DNA of 32,983 bases from Gammaproteobacteria bacterium (GTDB lineage: Bacteria; Pseudomonadota; Gammaproteobacteria; SZUA-229), in NCBI GenBank assembly GCA_011321985.1, contig DROB01000121.1:1-32983 (forward strand). The letters are read 5' to 3'. Positions 19,807-27,704 of the stretch are shown piece by piece. The position numbers and the translations under genes are program-made. A model generated the notes under the pieces. The model ran no database searches. It saw nothing but the letters and a program-made list of their open reading frames with translations, and was not told the origin of the DNA. The first letter of the stretch is position 1. Every line of letters begins with the position of its first letter.

Positions 19807-20136
19807 ATGAACGAATCAGAATTTCAGGAAATTGCCGAACAGACCATCGAGGATATCCAGGATGCCATCGACAACAGCGGTGCCGATATCGATTACGATG
19901 AGATCGGCGGTGTGTTAACACTGGAGTTTGATAATGGCAGCAAGATTATCTTCAGCAAACAGGGTGCGATGAATCAATTGTGGATGGCAGCTAAAGCAGG
20001 TGGGTTTCATTTTGATTATGACCAGAGCTCAGCACAGTGGTTATGTGATAGCGGTGATGGTGAAGAGATGTATGCCATGCTGTCGAGATTAGCGAGCGAA
20101 CAGGCAGGTGAAGAAATTATCATCTCTGCGGAATAA
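19807..20136 (+). CDS. cyaY: Frataxin homologue CyaY (iron-sulfur cluster assembly)
   Basis: 109 aa and acidic. DIDYDEIGGVLTLEFDNGSKIIFSKQGAMNQLWMAAKAGGFHFDYD is the typical CyaY pattern. Confidence 0.9.
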   Translation: MNESEFQEIAEQTIEDIQDAIDNSGADIDYDEIGGVLTLEFDNGSKIIFSKQGAMNQLWMAAKAGGFHFDYDQSSAQWLCDSGDGEEMYAMLSRLASEQAGEEIIISAE

Positions 20137-20183
20137 TTTTCGTCGTCTGTAATGACAGACCAGTAATCATATCGGAGAAAATC

Positions 20184-20741
20184 ATGAGTGAAGACATCAT
20201 TAACAATCTGGGACCATTAGCACCGCTTGCCGGAACATGGGAAGGGAATGGCGGTATCGATACCTCCCGGATCCACAGTAAGGAGACAGTGACAAAATTT
20301 CGGGAAAGAGCCGTGTTCGAACCGGTTGGTCCGGTAAACAATGGTCCGCAGAAACTGTATGGACTGCGTTATTCGATGACGGCGTGGCCACTCGGTAGTG
20401 ACGATGCCTTTCATGAAGAACTGGGTTACTGGTTATGGGATAAAGAGCATGGTCAGGTGTTAAAAACATTGATGGTGCCCCGTGGTGTTACGGTCAATGC
20501 CGGTGGCAGTGTGGCGGCAGACAGCAGACACTTTCGGCTGGAAGCGCAGTGCGGTTCTGAAACCTACGGTATCATGTCCAACCAGTTTCTGGATGAGACC
20601 TATAAAACAAAAAATTATTCGGTGGATGTCACGGTCAATGATGATGGCACATTCAGCTATAAACAGGATACACAGCTGTGGATCCCGATCAATCAGGCAA
20701 TCTTTCATCACACAGATGAAAATACATTAGCGAAAGTCTGA
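20184..20741 (+). CDS. Nitrobindin / THAP4-type heme-binding beta-barrel domain protein (DUF1794-like)
   Basis: LAPLAGTWEGNG near the N-terminus, FHEELGYWLW, and a C-terminal HHT...L motif. The size is about 185 aa. Confidence 0.6.
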   Translation: MSEDIINNLGPLAPLAGTWEGNGGIDTSRIHSKETVTKFRERAVFEPVGPVNNGPQKLYGLRYSMTAWPLGSDDAFHEELGYWLWDKEHGQVLKTLMVPRGVTVNAGGSVAADSRHFRLEAQCGSETYGIMSNQFLDETYKTKNYSVDVTVNDDGTFSYKQDTQLWIPINQAIFHHTDENTLAKV

Positions 20742-20795
20742 GCGGGCATTGTTTGCCATCACAGAGCCTGCAACGGGTACGCCACGAACAGAATC

Positions 20796-21287
20796 ATGCT
20801 CTCTGAAAAACAGATAAAATTCCAGTCTGATTTTTTATCACCTTTAAAGCAGAAACTTTTTTACCTGAAAGATCTGCCGATGGGGCTTATCGCGGGAATC
20901 CGCTTGATCCAGCTGGATGAGTCTGTCTGTGTCACCGAAGTGCCTTTTCGCTGGCGAAATAAAAACCCGTTCAGATCTATCTATTTCGCGGTGCAGAGCA
21001 TGGCAGCAGAACTGTCAACTGCGGCACCGGTACTGCTGGTGCTGAAAGGACTGGAAGCCAATATTGCTTATATCATCGTCGATCTGAAGGTGACGTTCGT
21101 AAAAAAAGCACAATCAAAAATCACTTTTACATGCACGGATTATGGCAATATCCTCGATGCACTTTCGTCCTTGAGGCACCCGGATGATAATGCCGAAGTC
21201 ACCCTGAAAACAGTGGGCAGAGATGCGCAGGGTGAGGAGGTAGCGGTGTTTCATTTTACCTGGTCATTTAAAGTCAGATCCTGTTGA
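20796..21287 (+). CDS. Hotdog-fold protein (DUF4442 / PaaI-thioesterase-like)
   Basis: 163 aa. The pattern is IRLIQLDESVCVTEVPFRWRNKNPFRSIYFAVQSMAAELSTAAPV. Assignment is from overall pattern only. Confidence 0.45.
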   Translation: MLSEKQIKFQSDFLSPLKQKLFYLKDLPMGLIAGIRLIQLDESVCVTEVPFRWRNKNPFRSIYFAVQSMAAELSTAAPVLLVLKGLEANIAYIIVDLKVTFVKKAQSKITFTCTDYGNILDALSSLRHPDDNAEVTLKTVGRDAQGEEVAVFHFTWSFKVRSC

Positions 21288-21296
21288 GAAGATATC

Positions 21297-22112
21297 TTAC
21301 TCGAGGACGTCCTTGATTGCCTGATCGATGTCTTCATCAGGGTATTGCAGCATGAATGTTTCGAGTTCCCGTCTTGCGGTTTCAAGATCATCCAGATCGA
21401 TTAATAGCTGAATTTTTTTAAGCCATTGCGCGGGTTTCAGACGTGGTTCGGCGGCATCACCAGCCAGCAGATTGTCCTGTTCTAACATCGGTGCTCTCGA
21501 AGTATTAGCTTCAGGGCTTTTGCTTATACCCGATGAGAAAAGATACAATGGCGTGGTTTTTTTAGCGGCGCTTCGTTGTTCCAGAGCCTGTACCCTGTTT
21601 GGTTTTAGTGCTGCGGGTCGCATCGCCTCTGCTTCTTTCAGGGCCGCTGGTGCCTGGGGTTGTGATCGACGCCAGGTATGTGGCTGCTTTTTCTTATCGG
21701 TTTGAAGGCGTTTTTTTTCAGTTATCGAGCGTGTTTTTATCGCAGTACGTTGTTCCCGGAGCGATGCCTTTCCACCATCATCTACCTGCTCGATTGCCTT
21801 ATCGAATGATGATGCGGGCTCTTGTGTGAGGCTGTCCGTCGGCGTGGTCGATGATGTCTGTTCGATTAATGGAACAAGAATAATACTGATGATCAGTACC
21901 GCAGCGACGGACAACAGAGCCGGCAGGCCGCCTGAAAACGGGCCCTTTATGACAGTAGGACGGGCAGGGCTGTGGGCGGACGATGCAGTTTCGTCGTGAT
22001 CTTCGGTGGCTTCATGTGCCGCAGCAAGTATCACCTTGTCCAGCCGCGCAGGTGGCCCCGGTTTTTTACCTTGCTGGTAAAGACGGGTGATCTTTTCGTC
22101 ATCTGTTGCCAT
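21297..22112 (-). CDS. Single-pass membrane protein, putative anti-sigma factor
   Basis: Its start overlaps the ECF sigma stop (TGATG). It has a short cytoplasmic N-terminus, one TM (LPALLSVAAVLIISIILVPLI), a low-complexity periplasmic region, and a C-terminal helical motif WLKKIQLLIDLDDLETARRELETFMLQYPD. No zf-HC2 motif is present. Confidence 0.55.
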   Translation of the reverse strand: MATDDEKITRLYQQGKKPGPPARLDKVILAAAHEATEDHDETASSAHSPARPTVIKGPFSGGLPALLSVAAVLIISIILVPLIEQTSSTTPTDSLTQEPASSFDKAIEQVDDGGKASLREQRTAIKTRSITEKKRLQTDKKKQPHTWRRSQPQAPAALKEAEAMRPAALKPNRVQALEQRSAAKKTTPLYLFSSGISKSPEANTSRAPMLEQDNLLAGDAAEPRLKPAQWLKKIQLLIDLDDLETARRELETFMLQYPDEDIDQAIKDVLE

Positions 22113-22672
22113 CAGTCTTCCCCGGAAAGTTGATCGAGTGAGTCGCGTAATTTTTTTATCGCATAACGCAATCGGCTCTTCGCTGTTTCGAAATTGATGC
22201 CACAGGTTTCGGCGATCTGTTCGATACTCAGTCCGGCTTCTTCACGTAATAAGAATACCTCTTTCTGTTCTGCCGGCAGCCTGGTGATTGCGTCCAGCAA
22301 ATCGTCATATCGTGTCTGTGTCTGCAGTCGTTTTTCTGGTTGCGCTACCACCGTGTCTACGATGTTGTCCAGTTTGTCACTGTGGTTATCGACAGGGCGA
22401 ATATGATTCCTTCGGTACTGGTCGATGAGTCGGTTTCGAGCCAGATGGTATAACCAGGTTTTAAAACGGGCGGTCACCTGATAGTTCTTTCGGGCATTGA
22501 TGACTTTTAGCCAGATGTCCTGGAACAGTTCATCGACCGAGCCCTGATCGCTCTGTCTCAGTACGAAACGGTACAGCGGGTCTTTGTGCCGCTGGTACAG
22601 GCGGTCGAAAGCCTCTGCATCACCCGTGCTGTAGCGCATCATCAGATCCTCGTCAGATGTCGTATTGTCCAT
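22112..22672 (-). CDS. ECF-type RNA polymerase sigma-70 factor
   Basis: Region 2 reads FDRLYQRHKDPLYRFVLRQ...FQDIWLKVINARKNY...FKTWLYHLARNRLIDQYRR. Region 4 reads LPAEQKEVFLLREEAGLSIEQIAETCGINFETAKSRLRYAIKKL. I placed the start at ATG 22672. The track ORF extends to TTG 22750. Confidence 0.88.
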   Translation of the reverse strand: MDNTTSDEDLMMRYSTGDAEAFDRLYQRHKDPLYRFVLRQSDQGSVDELFQDIWLKVINARKNYQVTARFKTWLYHLARNRLIDQYRRNHIRPVDNHSDKLDNIVDTVVAQPEKRLQTQTRYDDLLDAITRLPAEQKEVFLLREEAGLSIEQIAETCGINFETAKSRLRYAIKKLRDSLDQLSGED

Positions 22673-22708
22673 AGGCCAAGCATACGCTATTGTTTTATCG
22701 CGGCAACC

Positions 22709-22740
22709 CCTGCAGGTGCGAATGGCGTTGCACCTGCAGG
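22709..22740. other. GC-rich 11-bp-stem hairpin between the VWA gene stop and the ECF sigma start
   Basis: cctgcaggtgc (22709-22719), the loop gaatggcgtt, then gcacctgcagg (22730-22740). No U-run follows on the transcribed (minus) strand. Confidence 0.6.
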
Positions 22741-22746
22741 TGTCAT

Positions 22747-24552
22747 TCAACGTATTGCCTGTATGTTTTCATCGGCCTGTGTATTTTCTTCAGTCTGTGT
22801 CGACAATGAGCTGGCCAGGTTCACCAGCGAGATAAATTCGCCTCTGTAGCCATAGTTATCATCACCTCGCGATTTTCTTGCCAGCGTTAATACATCATCA
22901 TAAGAAAAGTTTTCTGTGTGTTTGCCGCCACGCAGCAGTTGCCCAAAACCGGCGACCGAGGCAGAGAAACGGTAGTGGTTACTCATGCTGGCCAGCTGTG
23001 TGTTGATATCTGACGCGTGGATAACCTGTTCGATCAGCTTACTCTTGTTTGCTTCCGGTTTTTTATAGCGAAGTCGCAGATGGGCCAGTTCATCCGAATG
23101 GTTTATTTTCCGGTCTATCGGTTTCCCATACCGTAAAGGGTCGATGGCGTGGCGTTTACTGTCCGTTAATGTGATCTCATAGAGTGCGGTCACCGTGTGG
23201 CCTGCTCCGATGTCACCGGCATCCACTTTATCGTTATTAAAATCTTCGCGTTTTAAGGCACGGTTCTCATAACCGATGAGGCGATACTCGGCAACCACGG
23301 CAGGGTTAAACTCGATCTGGATCTTCACATCTTTTGCGATAGTATTAAGCGTTGAGCTCATCTCGTCGACCAGCACTTTCTGTGCTTCATTCAAGGTATC
23401 GATATACGCATAGTTACCGTTACCGGCATCGGCGAGTTGTTCCATCAGATGGTCGTTGTAGTTGCCGGTACCAAAACCCAGTGTGGTCAATGAGATGCCG
23501 GTCTTGCGTTTTTCTTCGACCAGATCTTTTAAGGCTTCAAAGTTCACGGTACCGACATTAAAGTCGCCATCGGTAGCGAGGATGACGCGATTGATCCCGT
23601 CTTTGATGAAGGCCTGTTCTGCCAGCAGGTAGGCACTGCGGATACCAGCTGCACCGTTGGTGCTGCCACCGGCGGCCAGTGAGTCCAGTGCCTGTGTGAT
23701 ATCTGCTGATCGGTTGGCTGCCACGGGTTCGAGCACCACACCGCTCGCCCCGGCATACACCACGATAGATATTTTATCTTCGGCGCGCATCTGTTTGCTG
23801 AGTAGTTTGAGTGCCGATTTCAGCAGGCCGAGTTTGTCAGGCGAGTTCATCGATCCGGAAACGTCGATCAGGAATACCAGATTGGAAGCCGGCAGTTTTT
23901 TACTGTCCAGATCATACCCTTTGATACCGATATGCATCAGTCGTGTGTCCGGGTTCCACGGTGTTATACCGATCTCTGTGGTCACACTGAAAGGGGTCTC
24001 ATCATTCTCGGGTAAGGGATAGTCATAAGAGAAATAATTGACCAGTTCTTCGACGCGAACCGCATCTTCACGTGGCAGGCTTCCGGCATTGATCAATCTG
24101 CGGACATTACTGTACGAGCCGGTATCGACATCAATACTGAAGGTAGAGACAGGCGTTTCAGCGACCAGTGTGATGCCGTTGTCATCAAAATGATGATAGT
24201 TTTCACGGTTGAGTGCTTCGGCAGGTGCACGTATCGGCAGCGATGACCGGTATGCGTAATGGCTGGTGGATAGCATCCTCTGTTCCGATGCAGGTAGACG
24301 TAAGTAGGTAAGCGCATCATTTTTTTTGCGTAGCTTACCCGGCAGGGCGGGTGCACCTGAGGATTCAGCTGAAAGTTTATTTACTTTATCGTGTTCTCTG
24401 GCTGTCATCTCTATAGCCGGTTGTGGTAATGGCACGATCTGATTGTGGGTCTGGTCATGTTGCTGCGAAGGTGCGCACGCCAGTAATACAGAGCTGGTGA
24501 GTGCGGCTGTTAGCGCCATACGTGGCGTAGAAACGGGGTAATATTTATGCAT
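22747..24552 (-). CDS. YfbK-like von Willebrand factor A (VWA) domain lipoprotein
   Basis: 601 aa with lipobox LLAC. The N-terminal module PVSTFSIDVDTGSYSNVRRLINAGSLPREDAVRVEELVNYFSYDYP is characteristic of the YfbK family. The VWA MIDAS motif is DVSGSM with a downstream TDGD. A C-terminal DUF3520-like region is also present. Confidence 0.85.
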   Translation of the reverse strand: MHKYYPVSTPRMALTAALTSSVLLACAPSQQHDQTHNQIVPLPQPAIEMTAREHDKVNKLSAESSGAPALPGKLRKKNDALTYLRLPASEQRMLSTSHYAYRSSLPIRAPAEALNRENYHHFDDNGITLVAETPVSTFSIDVDTGSYSNVRRLINAGSLPREDAVRVEELVNYFSYDYPLPENDETPFSVTTEIGITPWNPDTRLMHIGIKGYDLDSKKLPASNLVFLIDVSGSMNSPDKLGLLKSALKLLSKQMRAEDKISIVVYAGASGVVLEPVAANRSADITQALDSLAAGGSTNGAAGIRSAYLLAEQAFIKDGINRVILATDGDFNVGTVNFEALKDLVEEKRKTGISLTTLGFGTGNYNDHLMEQLADAGNGNYAYIDTLNEAQKVLVDEMSSTLNTIAKDVKIQIEFNPAVVAEYRLIGYENRALKREDFNNDKVDAGDIGAGHTVTALYEITLTDSKRHAIDPLRYGKPIDRKINHSDELAHLRLRYKKPEANKSKLIEQVIHASDINTQLASMSNHYRFSASVAGFGQLLRGGKHTENFSYDDVLTLARKSRGDDNYGYRGEFISLVNLASSLSTQTEENTQADENIQAIR

Positions 24553-24560
24553 GGGATGCT

Positions 24561-24596
24561 CCTGCGTTTTATTGGGTTCATACAGGTAAACGCAGG
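24561..24596 (-). promoter_or_regulatory. 5'-UTR hairpin partly sequestering the Shine-Dalgarno of the VWA gene
   Basis: mRNA sense: CCUGCGUUU-(18 nt)-AAACGCAGG-AGCAUCCC-AUG. The stem is 9 bp. Its 3' arm supplies the AGG of the AGGAG SD, which sits 6 nt before the AUG. Confidence 0.4.
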
Positions 24597-24649
24597 TGTG
24601 GCAGAAAAGGGTTAAATTATTTTATTTTGATGTACCTTGGGTATGTCGC

Positions 24650-25585
24650 TCATTCTGGTCGCTCATGTGCTAACGAAAGCCGCCAGTTTTCCTTTTTTGC
24701 CTGTCTTGCCAGAAAGTTGATTAACAGGCGGACACGTTTTGGCATCAGCTCCCGTTCTGGATAGACCAGATAGAACTCGGCTGTTGGGCCGAACCACTGC
24801 GGCAGGATCCGTTGCAGCGTCCCGTCCTCCAGTGATTCCCTGCAGATAAATGCGGGAATCATGGTGATACCTGCTGCTGCCTGAGTGATGCACAGAGCGG
24901 TAGACATATCATTGATACGCAACGCGGGGTTAAAGTTCACCCGTTGTGTTTGTTTGCCTCGTGTCAGCGTCCATGCGCTGAGTCCACTGCGCTGCTCACC
25001 AAAGCCGATGCATCTGTGTTGAATGAGTTCTGAAGGGGTGGTGGGCTGCCCGTGTTGTTCTGTGTAGCCGGGAGCAGCGACCAGCATACGTTCGCTTTTG
25101 CCCAGTCGGCGCGCGACCAGTGTGGAGTCTGTCAGCGGACCGACGCGGAGAGCCAGGTCGTATCCCCGCTCGAAGATATTGATGATCTGATCGCTCAGGT
25201 CGAGTTCAATGTGGATGTGTGGGTGGAGCTGAATAAATTCAGCTAACCATATTCCCAGAAACTGGCCACCAGGGGCTTTGGGCGCAGTCATGCGCAGGGT
25301 TCCACCCTCACTCTGTGTGTTCATTGCCAGCCGTTCTTCGGCATGAGTGACCTGTTTCTCAAGGAGTTGTGCTTCCTGATAGAGCAGGCGTCCAGCGTCG
25401 GTCAGTTCAAAGGCACGGCCCCGCCGATGTAATAAGCGTGCGCCCAGATCATCTTCCAGCCTGGCGAGTCGACGGCTCAGTGTAGATTTTGGCATGCCCA
25501 GACGGCGGCTGGCGGCGCTAAGTCCGCCCATATCAACGATCTGTACGAATATCAGCCAGTTATTTAAATCCACTATTGACTCCAA
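24650..25585 (-). CDS. LysR-family transcriptional regulator
   Basis: The N-terminal HTH reads GGLSAASRRLGMPKSTLSRRLARLEDDLGARLLHRRGRAFELTDAG. The C-terminal part is a LysR substrate-binding domain. 311 aa. Confidence 0.92.
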   Translation of the reverse strand: MESIVDLNNWLIFVQIVDMGGLSAASRRLGMPKSTLSRRLARLEDDLGARLLHRRGRAFELTDAGRLLYQEAQLLEKQVTHAEERLAMNTQSEGGTLRMTAPKAPGGQFLGIWLAEFIQLHPHIHIELDLSDQIINIFERGYDLALRVGPLTDSTLVARRLGKSERMLVAAPGYTEQHGQPTTPSELIQHRCIGFGEQRSGLSAWTLTRGKQTQRVNFNPALRINDMSTALCITQAAAGITMIPAFICRESLEDGTLQRILPQWFGPTAEFYLVYPERELMPKRVRLLINFLARQAKKENWRLSLAHERPE

Positions 25586-25591
25586 TAATGT

Positions 25592-25604
25592 TTCATATAT
25601 GGAA
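25592..25604. promoter_or_regulatory. Candidate LysR-type T-N11-A box (TTC-N7-GAA) in the divergent spacer
   Basis: ttcatatatggaa lies 7 nt beyond the LysR start codon, in the spacer leading to the divergent 4-TM gene. Confidence 0.3.
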
Positions 25605-25699
25605 CGCTAAGTTTGAATATACCCTGTTTTTCTATGGAAGCAACAGGTTTAGTATTTCACTGGTTCAGAAAATCTAAAAAATCATGCAGGGGGAAAGTG

Positions 25700-26065
25700 A
25701 TGCAGCTACCGGAAACAGGTTTGGCGCTTACATCTTTAATCATATTATGTGGTGCCATTATCGGCGGTGCTGCAACCGCATTTGTACGCCTGGCTGATAA
25801 GAATACGCCTTTTGATATCGGTCTGCTTCATGGTCGAGCCGGGGCTCTGGCTACCCTGTTACTGGTTCTCTCTGTGTTCATCGGTAACGAGACAGGTGTC
25901 TCAATAAAACCGGCGATAGGGCTTTTGATTTTGACCGTTGCCGGTGGGGCAGCGTTGTACTTCATCATCAGAAGAAAAGGCCTGTTGCCTAAAAGCATCA
26001 TATTCATACATGGTGCTTTTGCACTGGCGGCTGTTTATACCTTGTTATTTGGTCTGCCGTTTTAG
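25700..26065 (+). CDS. Small 4-TM membrane protein, an internal 2x2-TM duplication with one conserved His per half
   Basis: 121 aa from ATG 25700, with GGGGGAAAG SD. Both halves carry GGAA-x18-HG-x2-A-x-A (GGAATAFVRLADKNTPFDIGLLHGRAGALA and GGAALYFIIRRKGLLPKSIIFIHGAFALA). Confidence 0.65.
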   Translation: MQLPETGLALTSLIILCGAIIGGAATAFVRLADKNTPFDIGLLHGRAGALATLLLVLSVFIGNETGVSIKPAIGLLILTVAGGAALYFIIRRKGLLPKSIIFIHGAFALAAVYTLLFGLPF

Positions 26066-26113
26066 TCTGCGTGGTACACGGTAGAATGCGGTTTTTTTAA
26101 CTGGAGAAAATTG

Positions 26114-26587
26114 ATGTGTAAAGTTTGTTGGTCAATGGTTGTTGTACTGTTAATGATAACAACGGGCCTCGCTTATAAATTTATCGTTCAGGGTGACGTG
26201 ATCGAAATCAATGAGAATCGATTGGCCATACGGTTGAACGAGGGTGAGAGGACACTCGTGCTGTCTGAAATGCGGGTATTCTTACAGAGTGTTCAGCAGA
26301 TCACCCAGAGTATCGCAGAAGATGATATGGCAGCGGTGGTTAGCGCTGCGCGTAGTTCCGGACGCAGCGCACAGGCTGAGGTGCCAGGCTCGCTCGTCGG
26401 TAAACTCCCGCTGCCGTTTAAAAAACTGGGTTTTGATACGCATGCAAAATTTGATGAGCTGGCACTTGATGCCGAGCAGCTGGGTGATCGGGATCATGCG
26501 CTGACGCAGTTGAGTGTCCTGTTACAAAACTGTGTTTCCTGTCATGCCACATTCAGATTTTCTTTGGAGACAGAAAAGTCAGATTAG
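26114..26587 (+). CDS. Membrane-anchored protein with a C-terminal CxxCH heme-c motif (cytochrome c-prime / class II cytochrome c-like)
   Basis: N-terminal TM MVVVLLMITTGLAY, then about 130 aa of predicted helical sequence. A single CVSCH lies 15-19 residues from the C-terminus, the position typical of class II cytochromes c. GGAG SD lies 7 nt before ATG 26114. Confidence 0.45.
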   Translation: MCKVCWSMVVVLLMITTGLAYKFIVQGDVIEINENRLAIRLNEGERTLVLSEMRVFLQSVQQITQSIAEDDMAAVVSAARSSGRSAQAEVPGSLVGKLPLPFKKLGFDTHAKFDELALDAEQLGDRDHALTQLSVLLQNCVSCHATFRFSLETEKSD

Positions 26588-27700
26588 TGTTTGATCCACT
26601 ATCTGATAGTGATCCTGTAGATAAGCCAGCACTTCGTCCCGCTGTCCTTTGAATATCACGCGGTCTGATTTTTTTTCGGTCTGAAAATCATACATCGGGT
26701 CATAATAATCGACCAGCAGGATGCGGATCCAGTCTTTGTGTCGCGCGGTATCGCCGGTTGATTGCTGTTGTTTTATGGCATCGCTCAGCAGTGCCTTGAG
26801 TGCTTTATGGCGAACTCCACCGAGACGGCGTTGTATCTTGTCGAGTGCGGTCTGTAGATGTTCGGCCCAGGAGTCAAACCCCTGTTCAGCGCCATTATGT
26901 GCCAGATGCTCGGCCAGGGCTTCGGTAATATATTCCTGGAACGTGATATCCACCCTCTGTTCGACGCTGGCTTCCAGTATGATGAGTGGCGATTGCTTCA
27001 TCTTCTTCGCCAGTACATCCGGTATGCCTCTCGAACCTATATTGGTGCCTTCATCTTCGAATACGATGTGCGAGAACTGTCTGTGGCGAAGCTTGAGCAG
27101 TTCGATAGACAGTTTGTTTTCGATATCGATCTGGGAAGGCTGGGCCGTAACATGGTTGCCAAATACCGAGCCGCGATGATGATAAATACCTTCGAGGTCG
27201 ATCTGTTGTTCTATTTTTCTTAGCAGCAGTGTTTTACCGATGCCGGTTCTACCACCGAGCATGACGGGATGGATGTTCGCTACCGAGGTGTCCAGTTCGT
27301 CGAGCAGGTAACGACGCATGGCTTTGTAGCCACCTTTTATCCTGGGGTAGATCACACCGGTATGTTCGTATATCCACTGCTGTGATATCTTTGAGCGCAT
27401 GCCGCCACGGAAACAGTAGAGCACGCCCTGCGGATTTTTTTCGATAAAATTCTGCCAGTGTCTTATTCGCTCGTCTCTGGTTCTACCCTGGACAAGTTCG
27501 TGACCAAGTTCAACGGCTTCGTCCTGCCCCAATGTCTTGTAACGGATACCTATCTCTTCTCGCTCTTTATCATTGATCAGTGGATGATTCTCGGCAGAGG
27601 GGAACGCACCCTGATCAAATTCGACAGGTGCACGGACATCTAACAGGGGTATGTCGTTCAGGAGTAGCGAACGATAATCATCGATCTGGGGCAGGTCCAT
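26579..27700 (-). CDS. selU: tRNA 2-selenouridine synthase (rhodanese plus P-loop; SelU/MnmH/YbbB)
   Basis: Motifs present: DVRAPVEFDQGAFPSAENHPL, the rhodanese active-site loop YCFRGGMRSK, and the P-loop GGRTGIGKT. The product is 373 aa from ATG 27700. The track ORF continues upstream into the preceding gene. Confidence 0.85.
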   Translation of the reverse strand: MDLPQIDDYRSLLLNDIPLLDVRAPVEFDQGAFPSAENHPLINDKEREEIGIRYKTLGQDEAVELGHELVQGRTRDERIRHWQNFIEKNPQGVLYCFRGGMRSKISQQWIYEHTGVIYPRIKGGYKAMRRYLLDELDTSVANIHPVMLGGRTGIGKTLLLRKIEQQIDLEGIYHHRGSVFGNHVTAQPSQIDIENKLSIELLKLRHRQFSHIVFEDEGTNIGSRGIPDVLAKKMKQSPLIILEASVEQRVDITFQEYITEALAEHLAHNGAEQGFDSWAEHLQTALDKIQRRLGGVRHKALKALLSDAIKQQQSTGDTARHKDWIRILLVDYYDPMYDFQTEKKSDRVIFKGQRDEVLAYLQDHYQIVDQTLI

Positions 27701-27704
27701 AAAA

